Source of the DNA: a virus
Lineage: Duplodnaviria > Caudoviricetes
IMG/VR virus record: IMGVR_UViG_3300033076_001356
Coordinates: 1 to 39,863 of that record
DNA length: 39,863 nucleotides
Strand: one strand, 5' to 3'
The first letter of the stretch is position 1, and the number at the start of each line of letters is the position of its first letter. Under the pieces are notes generated by a model. That model saw only the letters and a program-made list of their open reading frames with translations, searched no databases and was not told where the DNA came from. Both the position numbers and the translations under genes were made by a program. Of this stretch, positions 1 through 8,470 are shown piece by piece.

Positions 1-81
1 GCTGCTGCTGCCCACGCTGCCCGCGCTGCAGAGCACTTAAACCTGAGCGCTTTAGCTGATAAAGCAATGGAGATAGTATGA
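1..81 (+). CDS. 3' end of the Ala-rich protein that begins at 39351
   Basis: Frame 1 reads AAAAHAARAAEHLNLSALADKAMEIV*. TGA at 79-81 overlaps the ATG at 78 (ATGA). Confidence 0.75.
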   Translation, partial: AAAAHAARAAEHLNLSALADKAMEIV

Positions 82-290
82 AACCACTATTTAATGACGC
101 GCTAAGGCGCAATATGTCACTGGAAGAAAAAGCATATTACGGGATTCCGATGGGGCCGGAAGATATGGAGGATATCCAGAAAGGGATTGTTGCCCTGAAA
201 GTGCTCGATAACTTCTTTCTCTCCCCCGATACAGTGGATGAGGGTATAGCGGCAGTAGAGGAACTGATAGAGGAGGGGCGCGATGAATAA
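78..290 (+). CDS. Hypothetical protein (70 aa, acidic)
   Basis: ORF track, GGAG RBS, ATGA coupling with the upstream gene. Confidence 0.7.
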   Translation: MKPLFNDALRRNMSLEEKAYYGIPMGPEDMEDIQKGIVALKVLDNFFLSPDTVDEGIAAVEELIEEGRDE

Positions 291-387
291 ATTGCTTGGT
301 GTGTTGGTCGATGTGGCGCTTCCCTTCTGCGTAGTGCTTATTACGGCGTGGGTATGGTGGGGTATTATGTGTGTAGTGTGGGGGTGA
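283..387 (+). CDS. Small single-TM membrane protein (34 aa)
   Basis: MNKLLGVLVDVALPFCVVLITAWVWWGIMCVVWG*, preceded by GAGGAGG and overlapping the upstream stop. Confidence 0.6.
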   Translation: MNKLLGVLVDVALPFCVVLITAWVWWGIMCVVWG

Positions 388-400
388 CCCCCGAACGGAG

Positions 401-425
401 AAAAGCCCGCATTGCGGGCTTTTTT
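401..425. terminator. Bidirectional rho-independent terminator
   Basis: AAAAGCCCGCA-T-TGCGGGCTTTTTT lies between convergent genes. Confidence 0.85.
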
Positions 426-430
426 ATGCC

Positions 431-2524
431 TCAGTACTTAGCGCCGGACGCCTGGCGCTTATAACTGTGGATAAACTCCTCACTAGTCATTGCACGATAT
501 CGGTCATGGTTCCGTATCAGCCACAGACGAAGGTTCGCCCCGTCAACACGGTAGATAGGGACAGCACACCCCCGCAGCTCATCGACGCGCGTGGAGATAA
601 CGTTATGCCTGGAGAGCATGGAGCAAAGGGAGGCCTTACCCGAGCTCCATTTAATCCCTGTGCAGTACTCATAAGCAGCGGCGATTTCGTCGGGGGTGGC
701 AATGTCCTTACCCGGTAGCGCGACGTCGGCAAGAATATCCTCTATGAAAGACCCGAGGCTTCCTAGCGTCGTGGAGATCGACGCGGCGCGGGCTTCGGTT
801 TTTATAGCAGGGGCGCCCGAATCCCAGCCATAAAGGTCAAGTGTCCCGGCCCAATGGAGGAGCGCCGAACGCACTCCGGGGGATCTGAGCCAGCGGGCAT
901 AATCATCTCCCTTGGAGTCTTCAAGTACTTTGTCCGCGGCGAAGCACGCAGCACGGCGGTCGAGGGGGTCAAGATGTGCAATTTTTTCACTGTTGGCGGT
1001 GAAGATAAATCGAAGGTGATTGTCGCTGTCGCCGGGTTGTACACCCTTGGACTCCAGTGCAATCCGTGGGTTACCCACCATCGACTTTACCTTTTCCCCC
1101 ATGCGGCGACGCTCTTCGAGCTTGTCCATTAACAGCTCGTCGGTCAGTACAAGGAGCTTGCCCTCCCATTCGCCGTTGAAGCGCCCGGTCCAGGCTTCTT
1201 TTGTGCCAGATACGCAGTACTTATCACCAAGCATTAAGCGCAGGGTGTTAGTAAAAAGACCTTTGCCGGTGCCCTGGGCGACGGAAGACAGCGCAAGATA
1301 GGTGGAACAAAGTTCTTCCGGTTTCTGTATAAGGTGGCCAATCCATTTCGTAACCCATTCCCGGTGCTTAGGGTCGGGGAATACATGCTCGAGGTGGTTG
1401 AGCCACGGGGTGACGTCACCCTCTTTTGGCGCTTCTCCCCAACCGTTGAACAGGTTTAGTCGAGTGCCTTCGATATGTGGAGTGTCGTGCGGAGTATTAA
1501 TTCCCCAGGGAGTGAAGAAAGTACCTGTAATGGTGGGGACGTATTGATGATCGAGCCACTCTTTGGCGTGGTAGATACGCGAGTGTCGGCCGGATTTGCT
1601 GGTTACGAGTGAGTTCAGGTGGCTATACTGGTTTGTAAATTGTGCGGTAGTGAAAAGTTTGGCATCGGAGAGCCGGATTATGCCCCCCTCAAACTTGGCA
1701 TAATTGGTGGAGAAGTACCTGCGGTTCATCGGGTTAAGGTCGAGCGAAACGCTGTGCTCGATGGCTTTCATGATATTGCCGCCCGCGACAATATAATCAT
1801 CGAGTTTTTGTTCCCCTGCCGAGGCGTCTACAGGCCAACGGAGAATGGTAACGACGGCACCGGTGGAGGCGAAATAGTCGTATAGGTTGTCCTCCGCGCG
1901 TTGGACGTCGGGGTTCTCCTTGTTCCAGTCGAGGGCGATTATGATAGGGCGGCGGATGGTGCGTCCATTAGCAGACGCGCAGTACCCGAAATGGCGGAAG
2001 TGGTCGATAAAGTAACGCCACTTACCCACCCCGTTAAGGGCGACGCAGGAGAATGGAAGGCCTTCTTGTAGCATTTTGCCCTGGGCGCAGAGCGCTTTTT
2101 TCTCTCCCTCGGTTATCAGGATACCGGTGGAAATGTCCTGCATATTTTTTTCGTGGTCCACCCCCATGTAGCGCGGCCAGTAGGGGAGTTCAAGCCCCGA
2201 GCCGACCCCTTTTATGCGGATACACTTGGCGGGTTTTTCCGGGCGCTCAGTACCATTCTCAATAGCCAGGGATTTGGCGCGTTCGTAGGATTCCAGAACA
2301 GAATCCGGAATGTGGCGCCGAAAGGTGGAAACGTCGGTTTGTTCTCCCCGTATGTTGAAGTAGGGCATCTCAAACCCGTTGTAGGGCTGACGCGCAAGAA
2401 GGCGGAAGCCAGCGTGATTTGCGACGGCATCAGAAATGCCGGAAGCAGCGAGTTGTTGTTTATACCAGTCAATGGACGTCTCGGTAGTGATCGGAGCGAC
2501 GACGGATTCAAATGTACTGGTCAT
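431..2524 (-). CDS. Primase-helicase: DUF3854/TOPRIM-like N-terminus plus SF3-type (DUF5906/NrS-1-like) helicase
   Basis: ILITEGEKKA (TOPRIM), QKLDDYI, Walker A QGTGKG, Walker B LVLTDE, FIFTAN, DRR. AGGAG RBS favours the ATG at 2524. Confidence 0.85.
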   Translation of the reverse strand: MTSTFESVVAPITTETSIDWYKQQLAASGISDAVANHAGFRLLARQPYNGFEMPYFNIRGEQTDVSTFRRHIPDSVLESYERAKSLAIENGTERPEKPAKCIRIKGVGSGLELPYWPRYMGVDHEKNMQDISTGILITEGEKKALCAQGKMLQEGLPFSCVALNGVGKWRYFIDHFRHFGYCASANGRTIRRPIIIALDWNKENPDVQRAEDNLYDYFASTGAVVTILRWPVDASAGEQKLDDYIVAGGNIMKAIEHSVSLDLNPMNRRYFSTNYAKFEGGIIRLSDAKLFTTAQFTNQYSHLNSLVTSKSGRHSRIYHAKEWLDHQYVPTITGTFFTPWGINTPHDTPHIEGTRLNLFNGWGEAPKEGDVTPWLNHLEHVFPDPKHREWVTKWIGHLIQKPEELCSTYLALSSVAQGTGKGLFTNTLRLMLGDKYCVSGTKEAWTGRFNGEWEGKLLVLTDELLMDKLEERRRMGEKVKSMVGNPRIALESKGVQPGDSDNHLRFIFTANSEKIAHLDPLDRRAACFAADKVLEDSKGDDYARWLRSPGVRSALLHWAGTLDLYGWDSGAPAIKTEARAASISTTLGSLGSFIEDILADVALPGKDIATPDEIAAAYEYCTGIKWSSGKASLCSMLSRHNVISTRVDELRGCAVPIYRVDGANLRLWLIRNHDRYRAMTSEEFIHSYKRQASGAKY

Positions 2525-2551
2525 GGACACTCCTGCTTTAGTTGACCGGGA

Positions 2552-2581
2552 ATAGTACTACTGGCGCATTTGGGGATGCAA
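2552..2581 (-). promoter_or_regulatory. Sigma70-like leftward promoter for the primase
   Basis: TTGCAT-18 bp-TACTAT on the - strand. The -10 overlaps the operator-like CAGTAGTACTATT. Confidence 0.55.
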
Positions 2582-2630
2582 GCACTATTTCCCTAGGCAT
2601 TTGTCGCATAAAATATATTGGTAGTACTGC

Positions 2631-2660
2631 TTGCGCAGTGCTAGGGAACGCGGCTACAAT
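2631..2660 (+). promoter_or_regulatory. Sigma70-like rightward promoter, divergent from the primase promoter
   Basis: TTGCGC-18 bp-TACAAT, followed by GAGGA RBS and ATG at 2689. Confidence 0.6.
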
Positions 2661-2688
2661 TGGTACGACTAACTTGAGGACAGTGCAA

Positions 2689-3012
2689 ATGGCATGTAAA
2701 AAGTGTAAGTGGTATCAACATAAACTCTCTCCTCTGGAGGACAAGGTGTTCACTGCCCGTTTCCTGGCCAAAGAGCCGAAATCGTGGATGAGCAAACAAA
2801 TTGTTGAGCGTGGGGGTATGCCGTACATTATGTTCAATTTGCCCGACGTTTGGCAAGCCGCTTTTAAAGAACCTTCCCCACACCGATCCGCCCTTACTAA
2901 CTTGGGCAGGACACTCGACGCGTTGGGCTGGGAACGCACGAAAGTGGGAGGCTTGCTCTTTTTCCGCATGCCCCTGAAGGAATTTGCGGATTATTGTCTG
3001 GAGTCTAAATGA
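2689..3012 (+). CDS. Putative DNA-binding (winged-helix-like) protein with N-terminal CxxC
   Basis: Start reassigned to ATG 2689 (RBS GAGGA). LTNLGRTLDALGWERTKVGG resembles the wHTH tails of phage primase/VapE proteins (inference). Confidence 0.5.
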   Translation: MACKKCKWYQHKLSPLEDKVFTARFLAKEPKSWMSKQIVERGGMPYIMFNLPDVWQAAFKEPSPHRSALTNLGRTLDALGWERTKVGGLLFFRMPLKEFADYCLESK

Positions 3013-3197
3013 AGAGGGCTCTTTTGTGGATCAGCCTGTTTAACCCTATTACATGGATTAAGCGGTGGGTTTTGGAATGGGCGATAGACGAGATCGAGCG
3101 CGGTAATGTGTATAGAGTGGTCAAATGCAAAATAATGGAAGACCGCGTATACATCGAATTGTCCACGGGCGAATGGCGTCGATTGGGGAGAAAGTGA
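3009..3197 (+). CDS. Hypothetical protein
   Basis: ORF track, ATGA/TGATG coupling, GGAG RBS. Confidence 0.65.
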   Translation: MKRALLWISLFNPITWIKRWVLEWAIDEIERGNVYRVVKCKIMEDRVYIELSTGEWRRLGRK

Positions 3198-3304
3198 TGT
3201 GCAGCTTGCTCGGATTCGTCGGGGAACATCAGATGTTTATGCTCTTAGCACTCGGTATAGTGAGTACGGCAATTGTATTAGTGACGGAGGCACTTGCCCG
3301 ATGA
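3197..3304 (+). CDS. Small membrane protein (35 aa)
   Basis: MCSLLGFVGEHQMFMLLALGIVSTAIVLVTEALAR*, coupled to both neighbours (TGATG, ATGA). Confidence 0.55.
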   Translation: MCSLLGFVGEHQMFMLLALGIVSTAIVLVTEALAR

Positions 3305-3495
3305 GATTACACACTGATGCGCCCGATTTGTCCAAGCAGATGGAAGCACTTGCGTACAGGATAGACAACTTGAAACGCTCACAGGAAGAAGAACGTCGCT
3401 CTTTACTGGCGCGCGGTAAATACATAGCAACACTGGAAAAAGAACTTGACACTATGCGAGGTATACATGGCAAAAAAGCACAGCAACGTAAATAA
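3301..3495 (+). CDS. Hypothetical coiled-coil protein
   Basis: GGAGG RBS before ATG 3301. This is the 3' part of track ORF 3199..3495. Confidence 0.55.
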   Translation: MRLHTDAPDLSKQMEALAYRIDNLKRSQEEERRSLLARGKYIATLEKELDTMRGIHGKKAQQRK

Positions 3496-3682
3496 CCCGA
3501 AGCATTACACGAGCCACCCCTCGGGGGTGGAGTGTATTGAAATAACCGAGCACATGAATTTTTGTCTCGGTAACGCGGTGAAGTACATTTGGCGCGCAGC
3601 GCTTAAAGGCCGCAAACTTGAAGATTTGCGCAAAGCGCGCTGGTACATAGATCGCGAAATTGAGCGGCTGGAGGCTGAATGA
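3467..3682 (+). CDS. DUF3310 / SaV-like protein (T7 gp1.7 nucleotide-kinase-like family)
   Basis: VNNPKHY...ECIEI...FCLGNAVKYIWRA..KG...EDLRKARWYIDREI signature. Confidence 0.9.
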   Translation: MAKKHSNVNNPKHYTSHPSGVECIEITEHMNFCLGNAVKYIWRAALKGRKLEDLRKARWYIDREIERLEAE

Positions 3683-3909
3683 TCTGCGAAGCAAGCTCTC
3701 CGGAGGATTACGCCAACCCAGAGAGCGCCATTCGTGCCTCAGAGCTATTGGCGTTTGACAATGCGCGCGCGAAACGTATACAAGCCATAGCAGAACTTAA
3801 ATGGCAGGAGGCTCACGCCGCAATTTTGAGAGGACAGCTAGGCATAGAGAAGGTGCCCAGCATCTCCTTATACGACGGGCGCGGCGAGCCGCAAGGATCC
3901 TGTGTATGA
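3679..3909 (+). CDS. Hypothetical protein
   Basis: ORF track, GGAGG RBS, ATGA overlap. Confidence 0.6.
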   Translation: MICEASSPEDYANPESAIRASELLAFDNARAKRIQAIAELKWQEAHAAILRGQLGIEKVPSISLYDGRGEPQGSCV

Positions 3910-4067
3910 ATAAAACATTCTTAATTGTATGGCACCAGGAAGACACCACGGAGCACGGAGTGGTGTGTGCTTTCCGAAAAGAGAGTTCTGCGCAGGCGCT
4001 CATAGCGCAGTTGCAGCAGATTTCCCCCTTGGTCTTTGAAATTGTAGAGGTTCCACACTATGACTGA
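3906..4067 (+). CDS. Small hypothetical phage protein
   Basis: MNKTFLIVWHQED...VVCAFRKESSA...FEIVEVP, ATGA overlap. Confidence 0.6.
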   Translation: MNKTFLIVWHQEDTTEHGVVCAFRKESSAQALIAQLQQISPLVFEIVEVPHYD

Positions 4068-4452
4068 CCCCTCAACAGCAACGCGGGAAGAAGTTACAGC
4101 TGCAGTGGGCAAGTGGCGGGAGCTGCGTGAAGAACGATTGGCTGCGGATAAAGTAGCGGCTGAGCTTAAGAAGCAGGAGAACGAGGTAAAACAGTTTATC
4201 ATCTCCGCGCTTATCGCGCAGAAGTATGAAGGTATTGTATTGGGTCAACGCATCACGGGGCTAAGTGAAAAAGAGCAGCCAGTTGTAACCGAGCGCAGTG
4301 TGTTTGAAGATTTTGTATTGAAAGAAAAGGCGCTGCACCTATTGCAGTTTAGAATTTCGGCACCGGCCATTCGCGAAATGCAAGAAGCCGGTATCGTTAT
4401 ACCAGGAGTCGGCAGCGAAATGCTGTACGACTTATTTGATAGGAAAGCATAG
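4060..4452 (+). CDS. Conserved phage replication-module protein (coiled coil)
   Basis: Coiled-coil N-terminus and LHLLQFRIS...IPGV motif, typical of genes upstream of SSB/PolA. Confidence 0.7.
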   Translation: MTDPSTATREEVTAAVGKWRELREERLAADKVAAELKKQENEVKQFIISALIAQKYEGIVLGQRITGLSEKEQPVVTERSVFEDFVLKEKALHLLQFRISAPAIREMQEAGIVIPGVGSEMLYDLFDRKA

Positions 4453-4460
4453 GAGAATTT

Positions 4461-4694
4461 ATGAGACCCAGCGAGATAGGGCTGATGCAGCCTGTAGTGT
4501 GCAAGTACAGGGAAACCACTGAGTGGAGTTCCACCGTTGAGTTGATGAAACTGAACTTTTCCACCAATGGTAGAATGGTGTATGTACGAATAGTACACTT
4601 CTCCACCGGCACCCCAGGTCTTTCGCACCAGTGGTACGATGTGGACGACCTGGACAGGAGGTATGTAGTAGTAGACACCCTGAAACACCACTAA
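4461..4694 (+). CDS. Hypothetical protein
   Basis: AGGAG RBS, fills the gap between neighbours. Confidence 0.65.
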   Translation: MRPSEIGLMQPVVCKYRETTEWSSTVELMKLNFSTNGRMVYVRIVHFSTGTPGLSHQWYDVDDLDRRYVVVDTLKHH

Positions 4695-4713
4695 CCAACT
4701 GAGAACTAAGCAT

Positions 4714-5469
4714 ATGAGTAACGAAGAAACCAAGAACTTACCGATAAATTATGACGAATTGTTGGCTGGCATGGCGAAACAGGCAACATCTGTTGAGCGC
4801 CCGAGCGTTAGCACGATTAGCTTGAAAGCGGGGCAGCTGAAGTACAACAAGCAGCCAGTTGCGGGGAATAAACTGGATTGTATTGTCATCGCATCGACGC
4901 ACACGAACCTCTACTACGAAGGGGTGTACGACCCTGATGATTTGGCCAACCCTGTGTGCTACGCGTATAGCGACAGCGGGGAGAACATGGTGCCGCATCC
5001 CTCCTCCAGTAAGCCGCAAGCAGACAGCTGCGAGACGTGCCCGCATAATAAATGGGGTTCGGCCATTAACAATGGCAAACCGGGCAGAGGCAAACGCTGC
5101 AAACAGGGCAGGAGCCTGGCGCTTATTCCTGCGAGCACACAGTCAGAAGAGGTCGCTACGGCAGAATTGGCTGTGATGAAATTGCCCGTAACCAGCGTTG
5201 CCAACTGGTCTAATTACGTTAATAAAATTGCAACCCTTTTTTCGCGACCACCACTCGGCATCATCACCTCTATTGGTACAGTGCCGGATGAAAAGTCCCA
5301 GTTTAAAGTTGTATTCAACCAGGTATCTCCGGTGCCCAATGAAATGCTCAAGCCTCTGATTGATCGCGCGCCGAAAGCGCGGGAGATTCTGGAGCGGGTA
5401 TATGAAGCGAATCTGGAAGATGATTCACCTGCTGCTGAGGATGAACCACGGAAGGGGAAAAAGTACTGA
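4714..5469 (+). CDS. Putative ssDNA-binding/annealing protein with a Cys4 motif
   Basis: PVCYA...CETCPHNKWGSA...GKRCK, acidic C-terminal tail, directly upstream of PolA. Confidence 0.65.
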   Translation: MSNEETKNLPINYDELLAGMAKQATSVERPSVSTISLKAGQLKYNKQPVAGNKLDCIVIASTHTNLYYEGVYDPDDLANPVCYAYSDSGENMVPHPSSSKPQADSCETCPHNKWGSAINNGKPGRGKRCKQGRSLALIPASTQSEEVATAELAVMKLPVTSVANWSNYVNKIATLFSRPPLGIITSIGTVPDEKSQFKVVFNQVSPVPNEMLKPLIDRAPKAREILERVYEANLEDDSPAAEDEPRKGKKY

Positions 5470-5486
5470 TTCAAAGGTGCCAACCG

Positions 5487-5512
5487 CCAGCCCTCCGGGG
5501 CTGGTTATTTTT
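5487..5512 (+). terminator. Rho-independent terminator
   Basis: CCAGCCC-TCCG-GGGCTGG followed by TTATTTTT. Confidence 0.7.
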
Positions 5513-5537
5513 ACATGCTAACCATGTGGATTAAAAA

Positions 5538-7325
5538 ATGAATAACAATTTTATTGTACTTGATATCGAATCCGAAGCCATCGTGCCCGGCGCACCCTTA
5601 TTGCCACGTCCTGTGGGGGTGGCAATAAAAGAAATTCGTTGGATGGATTCCGCGAAAGTCCCTTATTTCTTTGACTCTGAGTACATGGCGTTTGGTCACC
5701 CGACAGAAAATACAACCGACTTCGAAACCGTTCGCAAAACACTAAAAATGTTCTGGAACTCTGACTTACATATCATCACACACAATGGAGCAACGTTCGA
5801 TATACCTGTCCTCGAGCACTGGTTCAACCTGCCAAAGATAGATCCATTGCGAGTACATGATACCCTGTTCCTTGCCTATCTTAACAACCCCCACGCGCGA
5901 AGTTTGTCGCTCAAGGATCTTGCACAGGATTTACTAGGGGTACAACCCGCCGAGCGCGACGAACTTTACGACTGGATCATGGCCAACGTACCGGAATGTC
6001 GCTCCCGTAAACAGTGCGGAGCACATATCAGCAAAGCCCCCGGCGATCTTGTCGGGCGCTACGCCGCTGCGGACGTTGAAATGACGTGGAAACTCTTTGA
6101 GCATCTTCACCCGCTCGTAGTGCCCAGGATGCAGGAGCCCTATGAGCGCGAATTGAAACTCGCCCCAATACTCGTCGACATCCAGAACCGCGGGGTGCGG
6201 GTGGATGTGGAGCAGCTGGGGAAGGATACAGTGGCCTCATTGGCCGAACTTGAGGCTCTGGACGCCGACATTCGCACTCGACTTAAATCACCCGAGTTGT
6301 CCATAGACAGTAACGACTCTCTCGTGGAAGCATTGCAGCTTAATGGGTACACAGGATTCTCGCTAACGGAGAAGGGTAAACTTTCTACTAATAAAGCATC
6401 AATGCAGAATGTATTAGCGGCAGACCCCGAACTCAAACAAGTACTGGAGAGGCGTAGTGCGCTGGCTACGCTTACCTCGACATTTATGGTGCCGTGGCTG
6501 GAGCTATGTACCGCAAATGGTGGACGACTGCATGCCGCGTACAACCAGGTGCGCAACCCGGACGGATTTGGTACCAGGACAGGTCGCCTATCTTCCACCA
6601 ACCCAAACCTGCAAAATGTTGCAAAAGAATTGATTCACGGCCTCCCCATGATGCGAAGTTTCTTATTGCCCGAGGAGGGGTGCGTCTGGGTAACGGCTGA
6701 TTTTAAGTCACAGGAGCCGCGTATTGCCGCGCATTTTGAAGACGGGGCCCTTCTCAGGGCATTTCAGGATACCCCTGAAATAGACCAGTATCTATGGATA
6801 GCCGAAGTATCCGGCGGCATTACTCGCAAGCAAGCAAAGGTAGTTTTTTTGGGGCTACTTTATGGTATGGGCAAGGATAAACTCGCCTCACAGCTCGGGG
6901 TCACCCCCGACCAAGCACAAGCTATAAAGGATAAAGTACGCGCAGCCCTACCCGACGTTGTAGCACTTGACGCGGGGTGTAAACGTCGATTCCGGATGGG
7001 GGATGCAATTCGTACCCTTGGCGGAAGGTACTACCACTGCGAGCCTCCGAGCAAAGGGAAAACCTGGGAATATAAAGCGCTTAATACGTTGATCCAGGGG
7101 TCCGCAGCCGACCAGACCAAGGAGGCACTAATTTATGTAGCTGCGCGATTACAGGAGGGGGAGCGCATACTGGGCACCGTACATGATGAAATCAGTGTTA
7201 GTTGCACTCAAGATCGCGTGGAGGCGGTTAAGCAGATCCTGCGGGAAGCCGCATCGGCGCTTCCCTGCGACGTGCCCATGCTGATGGATTTTGGTACTGG
7301 AACTACCTGGGCGGAAGCAAAATGA
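5538..7325 (+). CDS. polA: DNA polymerase family A (3'-5' exonuclease plus polymerase), Leu762 type
   Basis: Exonuclease motifs LDIES, HNGATFD, YAAAD. Polymerase motifs TGRLSSTNPNLQN, A (DFKSQEPR), B (RKQAKVVFLGLLYG), C (VHDE). Confidence 0.95.
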   Translation: MNNNFIVLDIESEAIVPGAPLLPRPVGVAIKEIRWMDSAKVPYFFDSEYMAFGHPTENTTDFETVRKTLKMFWNSDLHIITHNGATFDIPVLEHWFNLPKIDPLRVHDTLFLAYLNNPHARSLSLKDLAQDLLGVQPAERDELYDWIMANVPECRSRKQCGAHISKAPGDLVGRYAAADVEMTWKLFEHLHPLVVPRMQEPYERELKLAPILVDIQNRGVRVDVEQLGKDTVASLAELEALDADIRTRLKSPELSIDSNDSLVEALQLNGYTGFSLTEKGKLSTNKASMQNVLAADPELKQVLERRSALATLTSTFMVPWLELCTANGGRLHAAYNQVRNPDGFGTRTGRLSSTNPNLQNVAKELIHGLPMMRSFLLPEEGCVWVTADFKSQEPRIAAHFEDGALLRAFQDTPEIDQYLWIAEVSGGITRKQAKVVFLGLLYGMGKDKLASQLGVTPDQAQAIKDKVRAALPDVVALDAGCKRRFRMGDAIRTLGGRYYHCEPPSKGKTWEYKALNTLIQGSAADQTKEALIYVAARLQEGERILGTVHDEISVSCTQDRVEAVKQILREAASALPCDVPMLMDFGTGTTWAEAK

Positions 7326-7537
7326 CCACTCAAGAAGAGCGTGAGGCTTACCACGAGGCGGAGCAAAACTGTAATATGTGCAAGCATCTGGTACGCAAGC
7401 CTCACCCCAAAAGTATTGACGGGTTTTTACACGGTAGTTGCCCCCGAAAAATGTTGGCACATATAAAATTTCACCCACAAGATACTATGCACATGTCCTG
7501 TTGGGAGCCCAGAAAAAAGAAGTTGACAGTTCAGTAG
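7322..7537 (+). CDS. Small Cys/His-rich hypothetical protein
   Basis: CNMCKH...GSC...HPQD...SCWEPR, ATGA overlap with polA. Confidence 0.65.
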   Translation: MTTQEEREAYHEAEQNCNMCKHLVRKPHPKSIDGFLHGSCPRKMLAHIKFHPQDTMHMSCWEPRKKKLTVQ

Positions 7538-7551
7538 TACTGAGTTATAGT
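7523..7551 (+). promoter_or_regulatory. Strong sigma70 promoter driving the accessory gene cluster, with operator-like sites
   Basis: TTGACA-17 bp-TATAGT. The spacer holds the palindrome TCAGTA-G-TACTGA, and TAGTGGTACTAAG overlaps the -10/+1. Confidence 0.8.
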
Positions 7552-7616
7552 GGTACTAAGTTAGTGAGGCATTGGAAATGACAGCAGAGCAACAAGCGGC
7601 TTGGAGGTCGTAATTT

Positions 7617-7727
7617 ATGAGATATGAGACAGAACAGCTTATAGAAACCGTAATTGTGTGCGTAGTTGCCTTAGTAGCGATTTCGATAGCATTACATCAA
7701 TGCTTTTTATTTGTGGGGGGGGCGTAA
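7617..7727 (+). CDS. Small membrane protein (36 aa)
   Basis: MRYETEQLIETVIVCVVALVAISIALHQCFLFVGGA*, GGAGG RBS. Its TAA forms part of the attC R box. Confidence 0.6.
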   Translation: MRYETEQLIETVIVCVVALVAISIALHQCFLFVGGA

Positions 7728-7770
7728 CCATTGCGCTAACCGGCTAGTCCGGTTGAGCGCGTTGTTATGC
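7722..7770 (-). mobile_element. Integron attC-like recombination site #1 (49 bp)
   Basis: - strand: GCATAAC(R'') AACGC GCTCAACC(L'', extra C) GG A CTAG CC GGTTAGC(L') GCAATG GTTACGC(R'). Confidence 0.75.
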
Positions 7771-7800
7771 GTAAATTGTTTTTAACGGAGAGGTAAAAGC

Positions 7801-8079
7801 ATGTGTACAGTTTCAATGGTAGGCGATGGATGGAGAGATCAATTCCCGCAAAGATGGCCACAGTTTGAGCCAAATAACTTTCATATTTCGCAGGTTTCGC
7901 GCATGGAGTTTGACGCGCTAAAGCGTGAAGTAGAGGAATTGCGAGAGCTTTTGAAGGCAGCAAAAGCATTTGACAAAGCAACAGGCCAGCCAGATTGCCA
8001 CATGGATGACAAAGTGGAATTGATAAAAAAGGTTGCCGAAATGGTAGGCGTGGATTTGGGCGATGTGTTTGGTGCATAA
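7801..8079 (+). CDS. Hypothetical protein, cargo of cassette 1
   Basis: MCTVSMVGD...LLKAAKAFDKATGQPDC. It ends in GCATAAC, the exact complement of GTTATGC at 7764. Confidence 0.8.
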   Translation: MCTVSMVGDGWRDQFPQRWPQFEPNNFHISQVSRMEFDALKREVEELRELLKAAKAFDKATGQPDCHMDDKVELIKKVAEMVGVDLGDVFGA

Positions 8080-8131
8080 CACCGAATTCCGCGAATGAGT
8101 GTCGCATTAATAAGTTAAAGAGGACAGGGCT

Positions 8132-8470
8132 ATGAAAATCAAAAGCTGGACAGGTGAGATGGTGGAAGCGAGGGTTGCCATGAAAGGAACCCGACAATGT
8201 TTTAATGGCGTATGGGAAATCGTAGATGATTATGAAACTGGAATGTCCATGATGTCTTCTGGTTTGCTTGCCCATGATTTTGAAAATTTCACCATGCTCC
8301 ACTGCCCGTTCCAGGTTGGGGATGAAACCGAATTTCTATACACATTTCCAGATAATTGGATTGAGAACGGAAAGATAGAAAGTCAATTAGAAGCAGACAG
8401 ATGCAATAATTCATTCAGGGTCAGACACGCCAACCCAAACCTTCGCGCATCACCGGAGTATAGAGAATGA
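8132..8470 (+). CDS. Hypothetical protein
   Basis: ORF track, GAGGA RBS. Confidence 0.6.
   Translation: MKIKSWTGEMVEARVAMKGTRQCFNGVWEIVDDYETGMSMMSSGLLAHDFENFTMLHCPFQVGDETEFLYTFPDNWIENGKIESQLEADRCNNSFRVRHANPNLRASPEYRE

Noticed and set aside
466-474. Perfect DnaA box (TGTGGATAA)
   Set aside because: Single copy inside the primase coding sequence. One 9-mer in 40 kb is compatible with chance.
7715-7722. G8 tract as a phase-variation switch
   Set aside because: It is short and lies in the last codons of a 36 aa ORF. A single sequence gives no evidence of variation.
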